Assembly (NCBI GenBank): GCA_047495785.1
Contig: JBLDXI010000031.1
Location: forward strand, 1,240,001 to 1,304,000
Length of the DNA stretch: 64,000 bases
From: Lepidodermella squamata
Lineage: Eukaryota; Animalia; Gastrotricha
Reading direction: 5' to 3'
The translations under genes were made by a program, and so were the position numbers. A model generated the notes under the pieces. It was not told where the DNA came from, made no database searches, and saw nothing but the letters and a program-made list of their open reading frames with translations. Below are positions 50,501 to 60,974 of this stretch, piece after piece (the first letter of the stretch is position 1; every line of letters starts with the position of its first letter).

Positions 50501-53500
50501 TAACACTTATAGTGGACTTTCGCTTTAGTGGACAAATTCGGGTGACCGAGGCTTAAAAAGACCTGGTTCTATAATAATTGCTATCGGTATAGTGGACAAC
50601 ACATACAGTGGAAAATCGATATAGTGGACGAAAAATGAAGGCGCGTGTCCTATTAAGCGCACGTATTTTACTTGCGATATAGTGGACGTTCGAGCATTTT
50701 CTCAAACGGGCTGAAAAATTTGCATGCGTTTTATAGGGGAAATCACGAATTTTGACTTTCATTACATGATTTTTCACCGTTATAGGGTTTTTTTCTTTCA
50801 CTTAGGGGACAAACTCGATGGCATGAAGAGCGTCCACTATATCCATTTTCTACTGTATATACTTTTATAACTAATATATGTTGCATATCAAAGTTTCTTC
50901 CAATAGCCGATAGAGCTTTCGAGCTCTATAAACGATGATAATTTGATAGATAGTATGAGGATCAGAAGAAGGCGCTGAAAGCAACATTCAAATTGCTCAT
51001 TTAGATATCCCAGTCAGCAATTGGGAGAGTTGCCTTTTGATCATAGATAAATAATTTATTTATCTATGCTTTTGATATACGACATATATATGTCGCATCG
51101 TTTGATCCTCCCAAAAGACAATTGGGATAACCCATGAGGCAATATGCCCATTATGGAGATCGTTAGCGTTTCGGTATAACTCTCCATTTGACGGTAACTC
51201 CATGTCGTCATTGTTCTCTAGTTGCGGTAAATAGTTTACCGTAAACGGCACTACACTGCGACAATAACGCGTAAAATACTCGCGTGCGGTAAAATTAATT
51301 TCTCTGCGGTAATTTCAGCTCATATTATCTAGTAGGAACAGTAGGAATAACAAGCATATTATGGAGGAATAGAAATGGAGTTGGAACTACCCTCAGGTTA
51401 TTGGTGTGCGCGCGCAGCCGCTCGCGTACTTACAATACAGCGTGTTACGCAACCGCTGTAGCGCATTGCTGCGAGCCGCAAGCCACAAGCTTGGGCCGCA
51501 AGTGCTTCTGCGGTAAAAATAACGCCGCGTGCGGTAAAAATTAACTTACGCGGCGCCGTTAGTTTTACCGCACGAGCATTAAGTAACCTGGTTTGCGTGC
51601 TGCGGTAAAATACTTACCGTCAAATGGAGACTTATACCGAAACGCTAACGAGATATCAGATATCGCTAAGAACAATAATTGACAGTATCTAGAAACTCCG
51701 AATATTTCCTCCTGTAGCCTTGCTCACTGATTAAAGTCCCAACTAAGTGGGTTGATAGAGATAAAATAAAGCTTTCCCGAAGTTCAACCAAAACCCGACT
51801 GATAGATCATAGTTGGCAGCTGAAACTTTTGCTGAACCTTCCAGGTTCAACTTAATGATCTTAGTTCCGACTGATTAATTCGCCATCAGAAGCAATTGAT
51901 CAGTCTAAAAAGTAAACTCAACCGCTAGTTGATTTCATGGAGGTTGGAAGAGTCTCTAGCATCAACTTCTGTGGAAAAAAGGATTCCGAAAATTCAAGCA
52001 AGGTGAACCACATACTAGAACTGGGGAATCAAAAATGAAACTGCTAGGGTTGATATCCTTTTAGAAAATTTAAATTTGCGTATTATTTGAAATTTCCAGC
52101 CATTAATGCCGAAAAATGATAATAAGTAGAGAATAAATTGAAAATACTACGATTATCGGTCATCGATGTATCGTTTTGGGAAATAATTATTTTGGGAATT
52201 AATTTGCTTAAAAAGTAGATTTTTAGAGCAATTTCTCTTCAGGGTAACCCAATTGCCAATTGGGGCGGATTGCTCGTAACGGTACGACCCCCGTTGGAAA
52301 CAGGTCCGGTCGACCGACGCCGTTCCCGGTCCGTTCCCGTTCCAGGTCCGGTATGGGTCTCAAAAAACGCCACCGGTAGACCGGGAAAAGTTGAATTTTC
52401 AATTTAGCAGGCTGGGCGTGGGAAAAATCTATAGCAAACTATATTTGTATGGTATGACATTAGTAAAACGTTTATATCTGTACGGAGCCGCCCGAGATTT
52501 ACGAGTCGGAACGAGCCGGAGGCGAGTTGCGATGAGTAAATCGAGTGCGGCGAGTTCAGATATGAACGATTTACGAATGTTATACCGTAAAATATCGAAT
52601 TGTCATAGCGACTCGACCTATATTTTTGGCGACAATTCTATATTTTCCAGTTTTGCTCATTATTCTGACTGTGTGCATTAGTGTCGCAGTGCAATGTTTT
52701 GCAAACTTATTAGCTGGTTGGGCTGGTAGGGGCTTACCGAACTATTATACTGACCCCGATCGAAAGGCCCCGTAAGCCTTAGAAGGCTCCTAGCATAGAT
52801 TGATCTGATTTTTTAGCTGAGTTAAGAAAATGTATGCGTTTGGTATCTTGTTTTCGCTATTTTCATGCGATTTGAAAAATGCAGTTCCATAACCGGTAGA
52901 ACGGGCCGTTCCCGCCCCGGTCAAGTTTGACTTCCACCGTTCGCAGGTCCGGTACCGGACTGCAATACCTTACCTGTTTCCAACACTGGGTACGACATAT
53001 ATGATTAGGGTTTGAAAGAGTGTGCAGCATTTAGCTGAGTAGCTGAGTAGCGACCCAGTAATAAGTTTTCGGCTAGCTTTCTGATTTGCTGAAATTTTCC
53101 AGACTGTTGGGAGCGGCTTAATTTTTGGCTTCGACAAAGCTCCGGATTTGAACTGCGATAATTTTTGTGAGTTAATTGATAGCTATTTTCCTGCGTTTTA
53201 CTTAATCTTCGCCAAAGACGATGACTTGTGCAACGACTTTGTGTTCATTCGAGATCTTGGCAAAGCGGGATATCCGGGATTTAAGTGAGTCATTCCAACG
53301 AAAGCAAGTCACCAACTATTCAATTTCTGATGGTAGACTTTGCACCTGTTCTGTCAGCAGAGGCCGCGTTTTTGTTACCGACAAGAATGAAGCCAATGTT
53401 CATTTCCGATCTATATGGGACACACCCTCAACTGGATTCAAACTGATCGTGTATGCTACCTGCCCGGGCGTCCAAGCCTCTAATTTCACGAAGGATTGCA

Positions 53501-54501
53501 AGCTCACTGAGAATGCCTATGATTATGAAGGCTTCGATTTGAAAAAGAGCGTCAGCGGCGCTACTTGTGATGCTTGGAGTGGTCTCAACGAAGCTAACCC
53601 CTATACAAGCTACATCGATAGATACCCACTTGGATTGCCTGATGCGTCGATGAATGCCTGCCGGAATCGACAAGATCTCAACGCGACGACCAAACTAGTT
53701 TGCTACACTAACAACTTGACCCAGCTTGAACAGTGTGCCGACGTGCCATTCTGCTACGACACCAATGGTACAACACCAACGAATTCGTCGAACGGCGGAA
53801 ACAATGGTTAGCGATAGTTATCCCGTACGCGAAATTCTCACTTTTCTTCCAACTAGGAAATCTTCAATTTCGATGCCTCGACGCCTCTACTGGACAATTC
53901 CTCGGATGCCGTTCCACTTGTCTGTCGGGCGAGGTTGCAATTGCGAATAGCAAGTTCAGCTCAGCGTCATGTTGCTTTGGCGTGAGTTTCTCCATCGAAT
54001 AACTATTTTCAGGATAGATTCACCGTATGTTGTCCTTGACCTACAGCCGGCTAAGAGGTGCATCAAGGGCGACTCGTTCCGCTGTGTTCCTGGAGGCACC
54101 AAGTGTGCAGCTGATGAAACCACGGTAACAGTTGGTTTCTCTTCTTGTTTTGTTACCTGTTATAAGTATTTAGGAAGAGCGTAAATTCAATGTCTACAAA
54201 TACTTTTCGCGCAATCTGCTGGCTTGTAATGAGATGGACAGTTACGTAAGTTCAATCCCTATGCAATCGCGGTATAAAATGTACGGCAAGTTTGCCGTTT
54301 TCGCAGTCTTACATTCGTTGCTACAATAAGGATAAACCTCCAGAGCTAATCGACTGTCAGCGAGATAACAGTCGTTGCAAAGACGGGCAGGTATAATAAT
54401 AATTGTATTGCATCAGCATTACTTTGTTTATATATTTGCCTTTATCGTAGGATCCAGTTGGTCCGTTTCCATCCGTGTCATCTTGCTACGCCGGGCTGTA
54501 A
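47512..54501 (+). CDS. Secreted astacin-like (M12A) pseudo-protease with EGF, CUB, kringle-like and C-terminal Cys-rich repeats; multi-exon
   Basis: Signal peptide, then WPQPVVYWY, AIEDSTCIKF (exon from 48955), GMSFEARRPDRDDY (49264-49367), PFDYDS, LSFLDIYKLNKLYNC, EGF (CENGGY...CRCPFGFGGKLC), CUB (CGG...IKSPNHP...CSWMV; resumes at 53103) and a kringle (CKLTENAYDYEG...SGATCDAW...NACRN...CYT...EQCADVPFC). The last exon 54451-54501 is tentative. Confidence 0.8.
48581..48793. mobile_element. MITE with ~50 bp TIRs and TA flanks, in pseudo-astacin intron 1
   Basis: GAACAGATAAAAATGAAGTAAGGAATGAGTTCGGACTAGACTTCGGATTC pairs with GAATCCGAAGTCTAGTCCGAACCCATTCTTTACTTCA...TTATCTGTTC; TA on both sides. 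Confidence 0.75.
50113..50456. mobile_element. Tc1/mariner-type MITE
   Basis: TA|CCGTACTGCCCGGAA ... TTTCGGGCAGTACGG|TA. Confidence 0.8.
50478..50855. mobile_element. pogo/Tigger-type MITE
   Basis: TA|CAGTAGAAAATCGTTATAGTGG ... CCACTATATCCATTTTCTACTG|TA, with internal TATAGTGGAC repeats. Confidence 0.8.
51161..51650. mobile_element. Non-autonomous TIR element with apparent 4-bp target duplication (AGAT)
   Basis: 37-bp TIRs CGTTAGCGTTTCGGTATAACTCTCCATTTGACGGTAA / TTACCGTCAAATGGAGACTTATACCGAAACGCTAACG. AGAT at 51157-60 and 51651-54. Internal GCGGTAAAA repeats. Confidence 0.75.
52289..52988. mobile_element. Non-autonomous hAT-type element with 8-bp TSD
   Basis: GGTACGAC is duplicated at 52281-88 and 52989-96. 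Termini are ccccGTTGGAAACAGGT / ACCTGTTTCCAACACTG. An internal imperfect palindrome lies at ~52449-52587. Confidence 0.75.
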
Positions 54502-55774
54502 GCAATGCAAGTGCTGCTGGAATTGAATTAAATTACTCTTATTATTATTCATGTTAAGTATATATTGACATTATTGGCGTTTAGCCTTTAGCAGCATGCT
54601 AACATTTAGGTATCTGCCGAGTTGATATAATCGTATTTATTATTTAAAACCGCAGAGAATAAAACAAATATTGCTCAGGTAAAACTTGTTACGGCAATAC
54701 ATGAAATTGTTTCCGGTGATGAATTGGGCAAATTCAAGCATGCAGTAGAAGCTGAGTGCTGAGTGCACATGGTGTGAAAACCCTGCAGCCTGCAATAGAT
54801 TTGCCAAAAACTGGTTAGCCTCTACTTTCTTAATACCTAGCAACAGACTCGTCTCGTTGGGAGGAATCCGATTGATATATCAATTTCGAGAATCTGGCAG
54901 GATCTGAGCATCTGATTGTTAAGGTTTCATCCGACAATCAGATGGGGGTCTTCGGTCTTCGGTCCTCGGTTGACCGCTTCGAATTGCTCGATACGGAAAA
55001 AACGCTCGATACATAGCACGTGTTGCAAGTTTATTCGCGAACAGCGTACGAAAGGGAACTCTTAAGCTGAGGTGTTTTCCAGTGCCCAGCCGAAAAGAGA
55101 TGGTGTCGTGTGTCGTGACGCCCCAGCGTCCCTGCATGGATGACGGCATGGGAGATCTGCGACGAAAAAGGCGGACCATCCCGCCGTTTGCCTGGCAGGA
55201 GTCAGTGACTACAGCCATTATTTCTTACGGTGGAAAGCTCGTGTCATGAAAGTGGCCAGGGCAGATAAAGAAAGATCTCCAATCTTGACAACGGTTGCAA
55301 TGATTTGGCGACTGTTTTCGTTTGCCAAGATTGCGTCAGAGAAAAATGTCGCAAGACGAGCTAACAACCCCTTTGATTGTCGAGATCTGTCTCAAAAAAT
55401 GTTTAACAGAGAAATCGGGTTGGGTCGTCGGTCGATTCGTAAGTTCACTCGTGTTTCTGCCCTCTGTGCCATACAAGATTTGATCTATGCGCACTACTGC
55501 CTTGAATAATCCTGACGTGGGAGATTTATTAATAGTTAAGCACTTGATTTTTAGCTATCTTGAATAATTCCGTTTGTCAGATAACATTTTTCTTCCTTCC
55601 CTCAATCGCTCATGTTTTTTGTGTTATTACCAAACAAAAGACAGGTCTTATCGCAATTTTTTGCACCACTTATTTTCACACTCCCACGTTTTTTAGCCCA
55701 GCCACTCGCTATGAAACATTGGTATGCTGATTAGCCAAGCCAAAAAACGAGATAAGGCAATTATCAGCTGGCGT

Positions 55775-55782
55775 TATATAAG
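55775..55782 (+). promoter_or_regulatory. TATA box with nearby GATA motifs for the His-rich gene
   Basis: TATATAAG ~80 nt upstream of ATG 55855. GATAA-type sites at ~55579 (AGATAA), ~55647 (CTTATC), ~55750 (AGATAA) and ~55761 (TTATCA). Confidence 0.55.
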
Positions 55783-55854
55783 CCGCAATATTACCTGGTG
55801 ATACTTATTCCATATATTTTTCTTGTTTCAAAACCAACACTCCTATCCTTCATC

Positions 55855-56196
55855 ATGTGTAAGTAAATTTTGCATTAGTTGGTATTGAAATTCAGTTTCA
55901 TGTTTCAGCTCACCACGGACACCACGACCCCCACCATGGCCACCACGTTCCCCCGGTGGTCCACCATGTTGACCCTCATCACATGGCTGCAGCTCACGTT
56001 GTAAGTATTATTAGTAAATTTGTTTTCATGTTTTAAATATTTTTTTTGTCAAAAGGTTCAGCACGTAATTGACCCCCACCATGGCCACCACGTCGCCCCG
56101 GTTGTTCACCACACCGTTGTTGATCACCACCACGTGGCGCCAGTTCACCACCACCACCCACCGCCCCACCATGACTCCCACCACCATCACCATTAA
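55855..56196 (+). CDS. 78-aa histidine-rich mini-protein; exons 55855-55858, 55909-56000, 56056-56196 (not in ORF track)
   Basis: ATG T|gtaagt...tttcag|CT..., then GTT|gtaagt...aaaag|GTT..., giving MSHHGHHDPHHGHHVPPVVHHVDPHHMAAAHVVQHVIDPHHGHHVAPVVHHTVVDHHHVAPVHHHHPPPHHDSHHHHH* (34 of 78 residues His). TATA box upstream; AATAAA at ~56347. Confidence 0.85.
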
Positions 56197-56595
56197 ATCA
56201 CCATAAACATCAGGTCATCGATTGTGCGGCGGATACAAATCCCGATAAATGATGTCTGTAACTGGGTCACAGATTGAACGATGAACTTGCGTTGAATTTC
56301 AACGCTTGTTGCAATAATATTATTGCTTGCACTGATTTATTCGTAAAATAAAATTTATAAAAAAAAACATAACTTGCATGGTCTTTTTGAATTGCATGGA
56401 AATATGCTCTAATATTCGCGAAAAAATCGGAGAATGTTAATTAATTAGATCTCTACCGCTGCCACCTCAATTTTAGTGTTGCATATTACGGCCTTCGAAA
56501 AAAATTAATTTAATTACATTATTTTATTTCATTAATAATGGAAAATAGTGAAACAAATGAGTAAGTAGGAGTTTTAATTTTCCAAACATTTTTCG

Positions 56596-58520
56596 CTATT
56601 TTGCCGCGTGTTTTTGCAGTCCACACGAGCAATTGATGCCTTGATGGTGCTTGGCCGTTATTTCCTTCAGACTGTACTCCTTCATCCGGTGGCCGTAGTG
56701 GTGGTAATGGGCACAATACAAGCAACAGAGTGCCTTATTAGCACAGGTTAGGCACTGCTTCATCGGCTGCTGGAAGGCCACCAGAAACGCGTCGAACGTA
56801 CACTTCGGACCGCCGTAGACGTAGTTGATCGCCAAAATGTCCCGAGCGCTTAGCCCTTGAAAAGAAAATATCAAAAAATCGATATTCAGTTGAAATAATC
56901 TGTTCGAAAATCAATTTCAAAAATTTTAGACATGCGAAATTGAAATCGAAATTTCAAAAAAATTCAAAAATTTTCAATTACCAATAAAAAAAGTAATAAC
57001 AAAATTTAGGAATTTAAATTTCTGTTTTTTAAATCACTTAATTTTCAATTTTTTTACTTACCTCCTGGACGGTTTTCATTTTTAATGAAAGGCTTGAACC
57101 AGTCATGAAAATTAGCTTTGAAATGGCGGCCACATTCGTAGTTCATAATCGAATCCGAATCGTAGTTTCCAAGCGAAGTGAACCGCCTGTTATCTCCATC
57201 CACCTCACCAGAATCTTCGCTATTAGCGTCCTTAGCAACAACTAGGTAAGCATTATCATTATTTTTATGCCCGTGGTCGAAACCAAGCGTGTGCATAGCT
57301 TCGTGTAAAATCGCGGTGAAATCTCCGAATTTGTGGTTCACATTGAACAGTTGACACCCGCCTATGCGGCCGATTTTCGAGTAAGTCTGCGAGTTGTGGT
57401 ACGTGAAGAGAACGTAATGGGCCTCGTGAAATCGCGGCGTGAAATCAATGTTAGAAACTTTCTTATTAATCTCGCCGATGACGCATTTAATGTTCCATAT
57501 TAGGTCATCTTGGTAGCAAAGCTTCTTTTTCGAAATGAGGAAGGATTCTCGATCGATTACGTAAGGAATTTTCCCACATGGCCAACAGTAAGGCGATTCC
57601 GAAGGATGCGAATATCTAAAATAAATTTGAATCGATTTCAAAGATAAACTTCGATTGTAACATTTAAATTTTAATTGGTGATCGAATTACGAAAAATCTC
57701 GGGAATTGTTATTGATCATAACAGGAAATTCTGAATTTTAAAGGTGAGCTCAATTTTTGTATGCCAAATTTTGAAATTTTGAAAAATAAAGTTGAAAATT
57801 CACGATTCAGCAGCCGGCTGATTGTATTGCTGGCAATTCTCCTCTGGGGTCAATAGCCGTTTGTAGGATAACTTTTTCGCAAGTTTTCGCTCAAATAGAC
57901 CAGACGTGTAATCGGGTTCAGGAGCTGTAGAAGATTCATCGAGTAGCACAGATGAGCTGCTTGCCGATGCCGAAAATTCATTTTTGCCTCCGATCGATAC
58001 TTCGGCGGAACAATTTCTAACTAACTTGAGTGCTGTCCAGATCTAAAAATTTTAGATTCAATTTAAACAAATTAAAATAGCAATAATTTTCAATTTTAAA
58101 GTACCATCAAAGTTTTTATCAGGCCGGCTATCCATTCGCTCAGCTTGAAGATTGCAGTGAATGCTGAAATCCAAATTAGAACTTGAAATGCTGTTTCCAA
58201 CATCCAAAATGGTGGAGTATTTTCGATAGGAACCGTTGTGCCTAACAGCCATGGTGATATCACCTCTGTGTAAACGCACCGAAAACCGGTTAAAATTGCG
58301 ATAAATATCGCCCGGAAAAGGGTGAAAACGTTGCCAATCAGCCAGATAGAAATTGGGATGAAAATATTCCTAAAAATGCTGATTATCGTAGCGATCGTGG
58401 AACTGATTGGCCAATATACAGCTAGCCTAATTGTGTCAACAATTTGCAAAATATTTGAAGGATCCAGGTTAATTGCCGCAGCCAACATTAGTTCATAAAA
58501 TTGTGGCCTCTCATATTCTG
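56596..58520 (-). CDS. Hydrophobic N-terminus + astacin-like metalloprotease + UBR-box-like zinc finger; exons 58520-58105, 58042-57804, 57615-57062, 56855-56596 (true start uncertain, possibly ATG 58749)
   Basis: Phase-compatible GT-AG joins. Astacin motifs WPCGKIPYVI, HEAMHTLGFDH, Met-turn YDSDSIMNY and GLSARDILAINYVY, followed by CTF-x13-CLTC-x6-CLYCA-HYHHYGH-x19-CSCG. Confidence 0.8.
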
Positions 58521-59291
58521 CTATAAATAATATTTTAAGGCTACCTCTCCGCAGAATGTAGTTGCTATACGAACCAGTATTACTTCATCATTCGTGCTAT
58601 AACGCGTTGCATCGGCCTTTAAAAATCGATTTTCGAATGATGATTTTCACCTGCGGGATAATAGATTTACACTAGATGTGGAAAGATCGGCCTTTCGGTA
58701 AACAAAACCGATAACATTCACGTTTTTCCTTTTCTTGTGGCTTGGCATATAGAAAAACGAGTCGAAATTCCGCAGTTTTGTAGTGTCCTTATTTCAGACA
58801 CTTTAGCTGGATTTTCCGTGTTTTTTCCTGAATTTAAATCTCGAAAATTGTCTCGCAGCATCGACAATTTATTTTCTATCTACCACCAGCGATTCACCAT
58901 TCGTTTGAAATGAACTCATTCCCATTTTCGAATAAACCAGTTATTTTATTGTTTTTACTCTATCACCTTTGAGAATTGACAGTTTCAAACATCATATAGG
59001 CAGTAATCGTCGTAACATTTTATGTAGTCATTCAGTTTACTTCTGAAGGGAGAAGGCAGGCATCACAGGGAAGAGGAAGACAACAATAAAGCAGAGCAAA
59101 TAATCCTCAAAAAATAAACACAGGAAGACGAGCTAAATACTCGGAAAAATATGAGCTATACTCCAACCGGTCACATGCGACTTAATTTTGGCACACGGTC
59201 GCTACATAATTTCAACCATCATAATAGATTTAATAAACAAAAAATACTTCAGTCCAGTCAATTTTCGTCAAGAATCTCTCGAATTATTCGA

Positions 59292-60974
59292 TTAGGTGAT
59301 GACAGTGGGCGATTCGCGTTTAAGGATCTTCGCCAAATCAGAAACGCTCAGAGCAACACGCGCCAACGGGGCGAGCATTTGCTGCGTATCAACCTGCCAG
59401 TTCGTCGACGGCTGTTCCATGTAGAGTCGAACCGTAGCCCCCGAAGACCCAGTGCCACTCAGGCGATAAATCACCCTAGCGCCATTTGCGAACATGATAC
59501 GAACACCCTGGCGTTTAGTCACCGACCCATCAACCGGGTCAGTGTATTGAAACTGGTCCATATCAACGACTTTGAAGCCGTCGAACTCCTTGCCGATCAG
59601 CTCTTTAGTTTCAATCATTTTATCGAGGCTTGCAATCAGTTTATCGCCATCGGCCGATGCGCAGTTTTCGTAGTCCCAGCGCGAGAAGTAGCAACGGCCG
59701 TGCTTTTGCCACACCTCTTCAACAATTTCTTGCACGCCATTTTTCGGCCGACGAGCCGCGAGAACGGACAGCCACGCTAGGGCAGACCAAACGCCGTCCT
59801 TCTCGCGAATGTGATCCGAGCCGGTTCCGAACGACTCCTCGCCGCACAGCGAGATGAGCCCGGCGTCCATTAGATTGCCGAAAAACTTCCAGCCAGTTGG
59901 GACTTCGAAGCATTTGATGTTCTTACTCTTCGCGACAATGTCAACAGCGCACCCTGTCGGCATGCTTCGGGCAACGCCGGGTAGACCTCGCTGCCTCAGC
60001 CAGCGAATATGCTCAGAGTTATCAGCCAGAGCAGCCAAGGAGTCACTCGGGGTAACGAAAAACCCGCTCTTACCAATGATCATGTTACGATCACCGTCGC
60101 CGTCAAACGCAGCGCCTAGATCGAACTTTCCGGTTTTCATCGATTCAACCAACTCGTGGGCGTAGGTCAAGTTCGGGTCGGGATGTGACCCGCCGAAATC
60201 AGGCAGTGGGTTACAGCGGACTGCAGCCGAAGCCGGAGCTCCAAGTGTTTCACACAGAATTTTCTTGACGTAAGGCCCCGTAACGCCATGCATCGCGTCG
60301 AATTGAACCTGGAATCCAGACGCGATCAAGTCACGCATTGCGTCGAAATCAAACAGTTGACGCATGTATTGAAGATAGCCTTCAACTGGGTCGACGATTT
60401 CAACAACCGTCGTTGAGTTTCCGGTCGAGAAGGTGTGACTACCAATTGCGTCGATATCAATGTTGACAGAGTTGCTGATCTTGTAGGTTGTAAGCTTCTT
60501 GCTTTCAGCGAAGATGCGCTCAGTTACGCTGCTTGGAGCTGGACCGCCATTGGGCGTGTTGTATTTCACTCCAAAATCAGCCTCAGGACCTCCGGGGTTG
60601 TGGCTTGCGGTTAGGATGATACCGCCATGAGTCTTGCGACGACGGATGCATTCGCTGACAGCAGGCGTTGACATCAAACCGCCAGCACCGACGATCAGGC
60701 GAGCAATGCCATTAGCAACAGCCATTCTCACGATGGTAACAGTCGCTTCGCGGCCGAAATAACGGCCATCACCACCGACGACGAGTTCGCAGGGGCCATT
60801 AGGGCACTGACCCAGGTCGCCCGCCAAGACGGTGTTGATGGTAGCTTGGATGAAGTTCTCCAAGTAGTGAGGCTTCATAAAGTGAGGTGTAGGTTTACGG
60901 AGACCACTTGTGCCCGGCTGCTGGTCGGTGAACGCAGTGGTCTGCACAGTGCTTACTTCGTGATTTGCTGCCAT
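59292..60974 (-). CDS. PGM1: Phosphoglucomutase 1, intronless, 560 aa
   Basis: PGTSGLRK, catalytic TASHNPGG, metal loop DGDGDR, sugar loop GEESFG and the C-terminal RLSGTGSSGAT...PTVIT. Confidence 0.97.
   Translation of the reverse strand: MAANHEVSTVQTTAFTDQQPGTSGLRKPTPHFMKPHYLENFIQATINTVLAGDLGQCPNGPCELVVGGDGRYFGREATVTIVRMAVANGIARLIVGAGGLMSTPAVSECIRRRKTHGGIILTASHNPGGPEADFGVKYNTPNGGPAPSSVTERIFAESKKLTTYKISNSVNIDIDAIGSHTFSTGNSTTVVEIVDPVEGYLQYMRQLFDFDAMRDLIASGFQVQFDAMHGVTGPYVKKILCETLGAPASAAVRCNPLPDFGGSHPDPNLTYAHELVESMKTGKFDLGAAFDGDGDRNMIIGKSGFFVTPSDSLAALADNSEHIRWLRQRGLPGVARSMPTGCAVDIVAKSKNIKCFEVPTGWKFFGNLMDAGLISLCGEESFGTGSDHIREKDGVWSALAWLSVLAARRPKNGVQEIVEEVWQKHGRCYFSRWDYENCASADGDKLIASLDKMIETKELIGKEFDGFKVVDMDQFQYTDPVDGSVTKRQGVRIMFANGARVIYRLSGTGSSGATVRLYMEQPSTNWQVDTQQMLAPLARVALSVSDLAKILKRESPTVIT

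Noticed and set aside
54640-55509. Short ORFs between the pseudo-astacin and the His-rich gene
   Set aside because: No coherent exon chain or recognisable domain. It may be a decayed fragment but cannot be supported.
59151-60165. Plus-strand ORFs overlapping PGM1
   Set aside because: Antisense shadows of PGM1.
59292-60974. Intronless PGM1 as a horizontal transfer from bacteria
   Set aside because: The sequence has eukaryotic PGM1-type features (e.g. the PTVIT end) and sits among animal housekeeping genes, another of which (CHIC) is also intronless. Intron loss is the simpler explanation, though a phylogeny would be needed to be sure.
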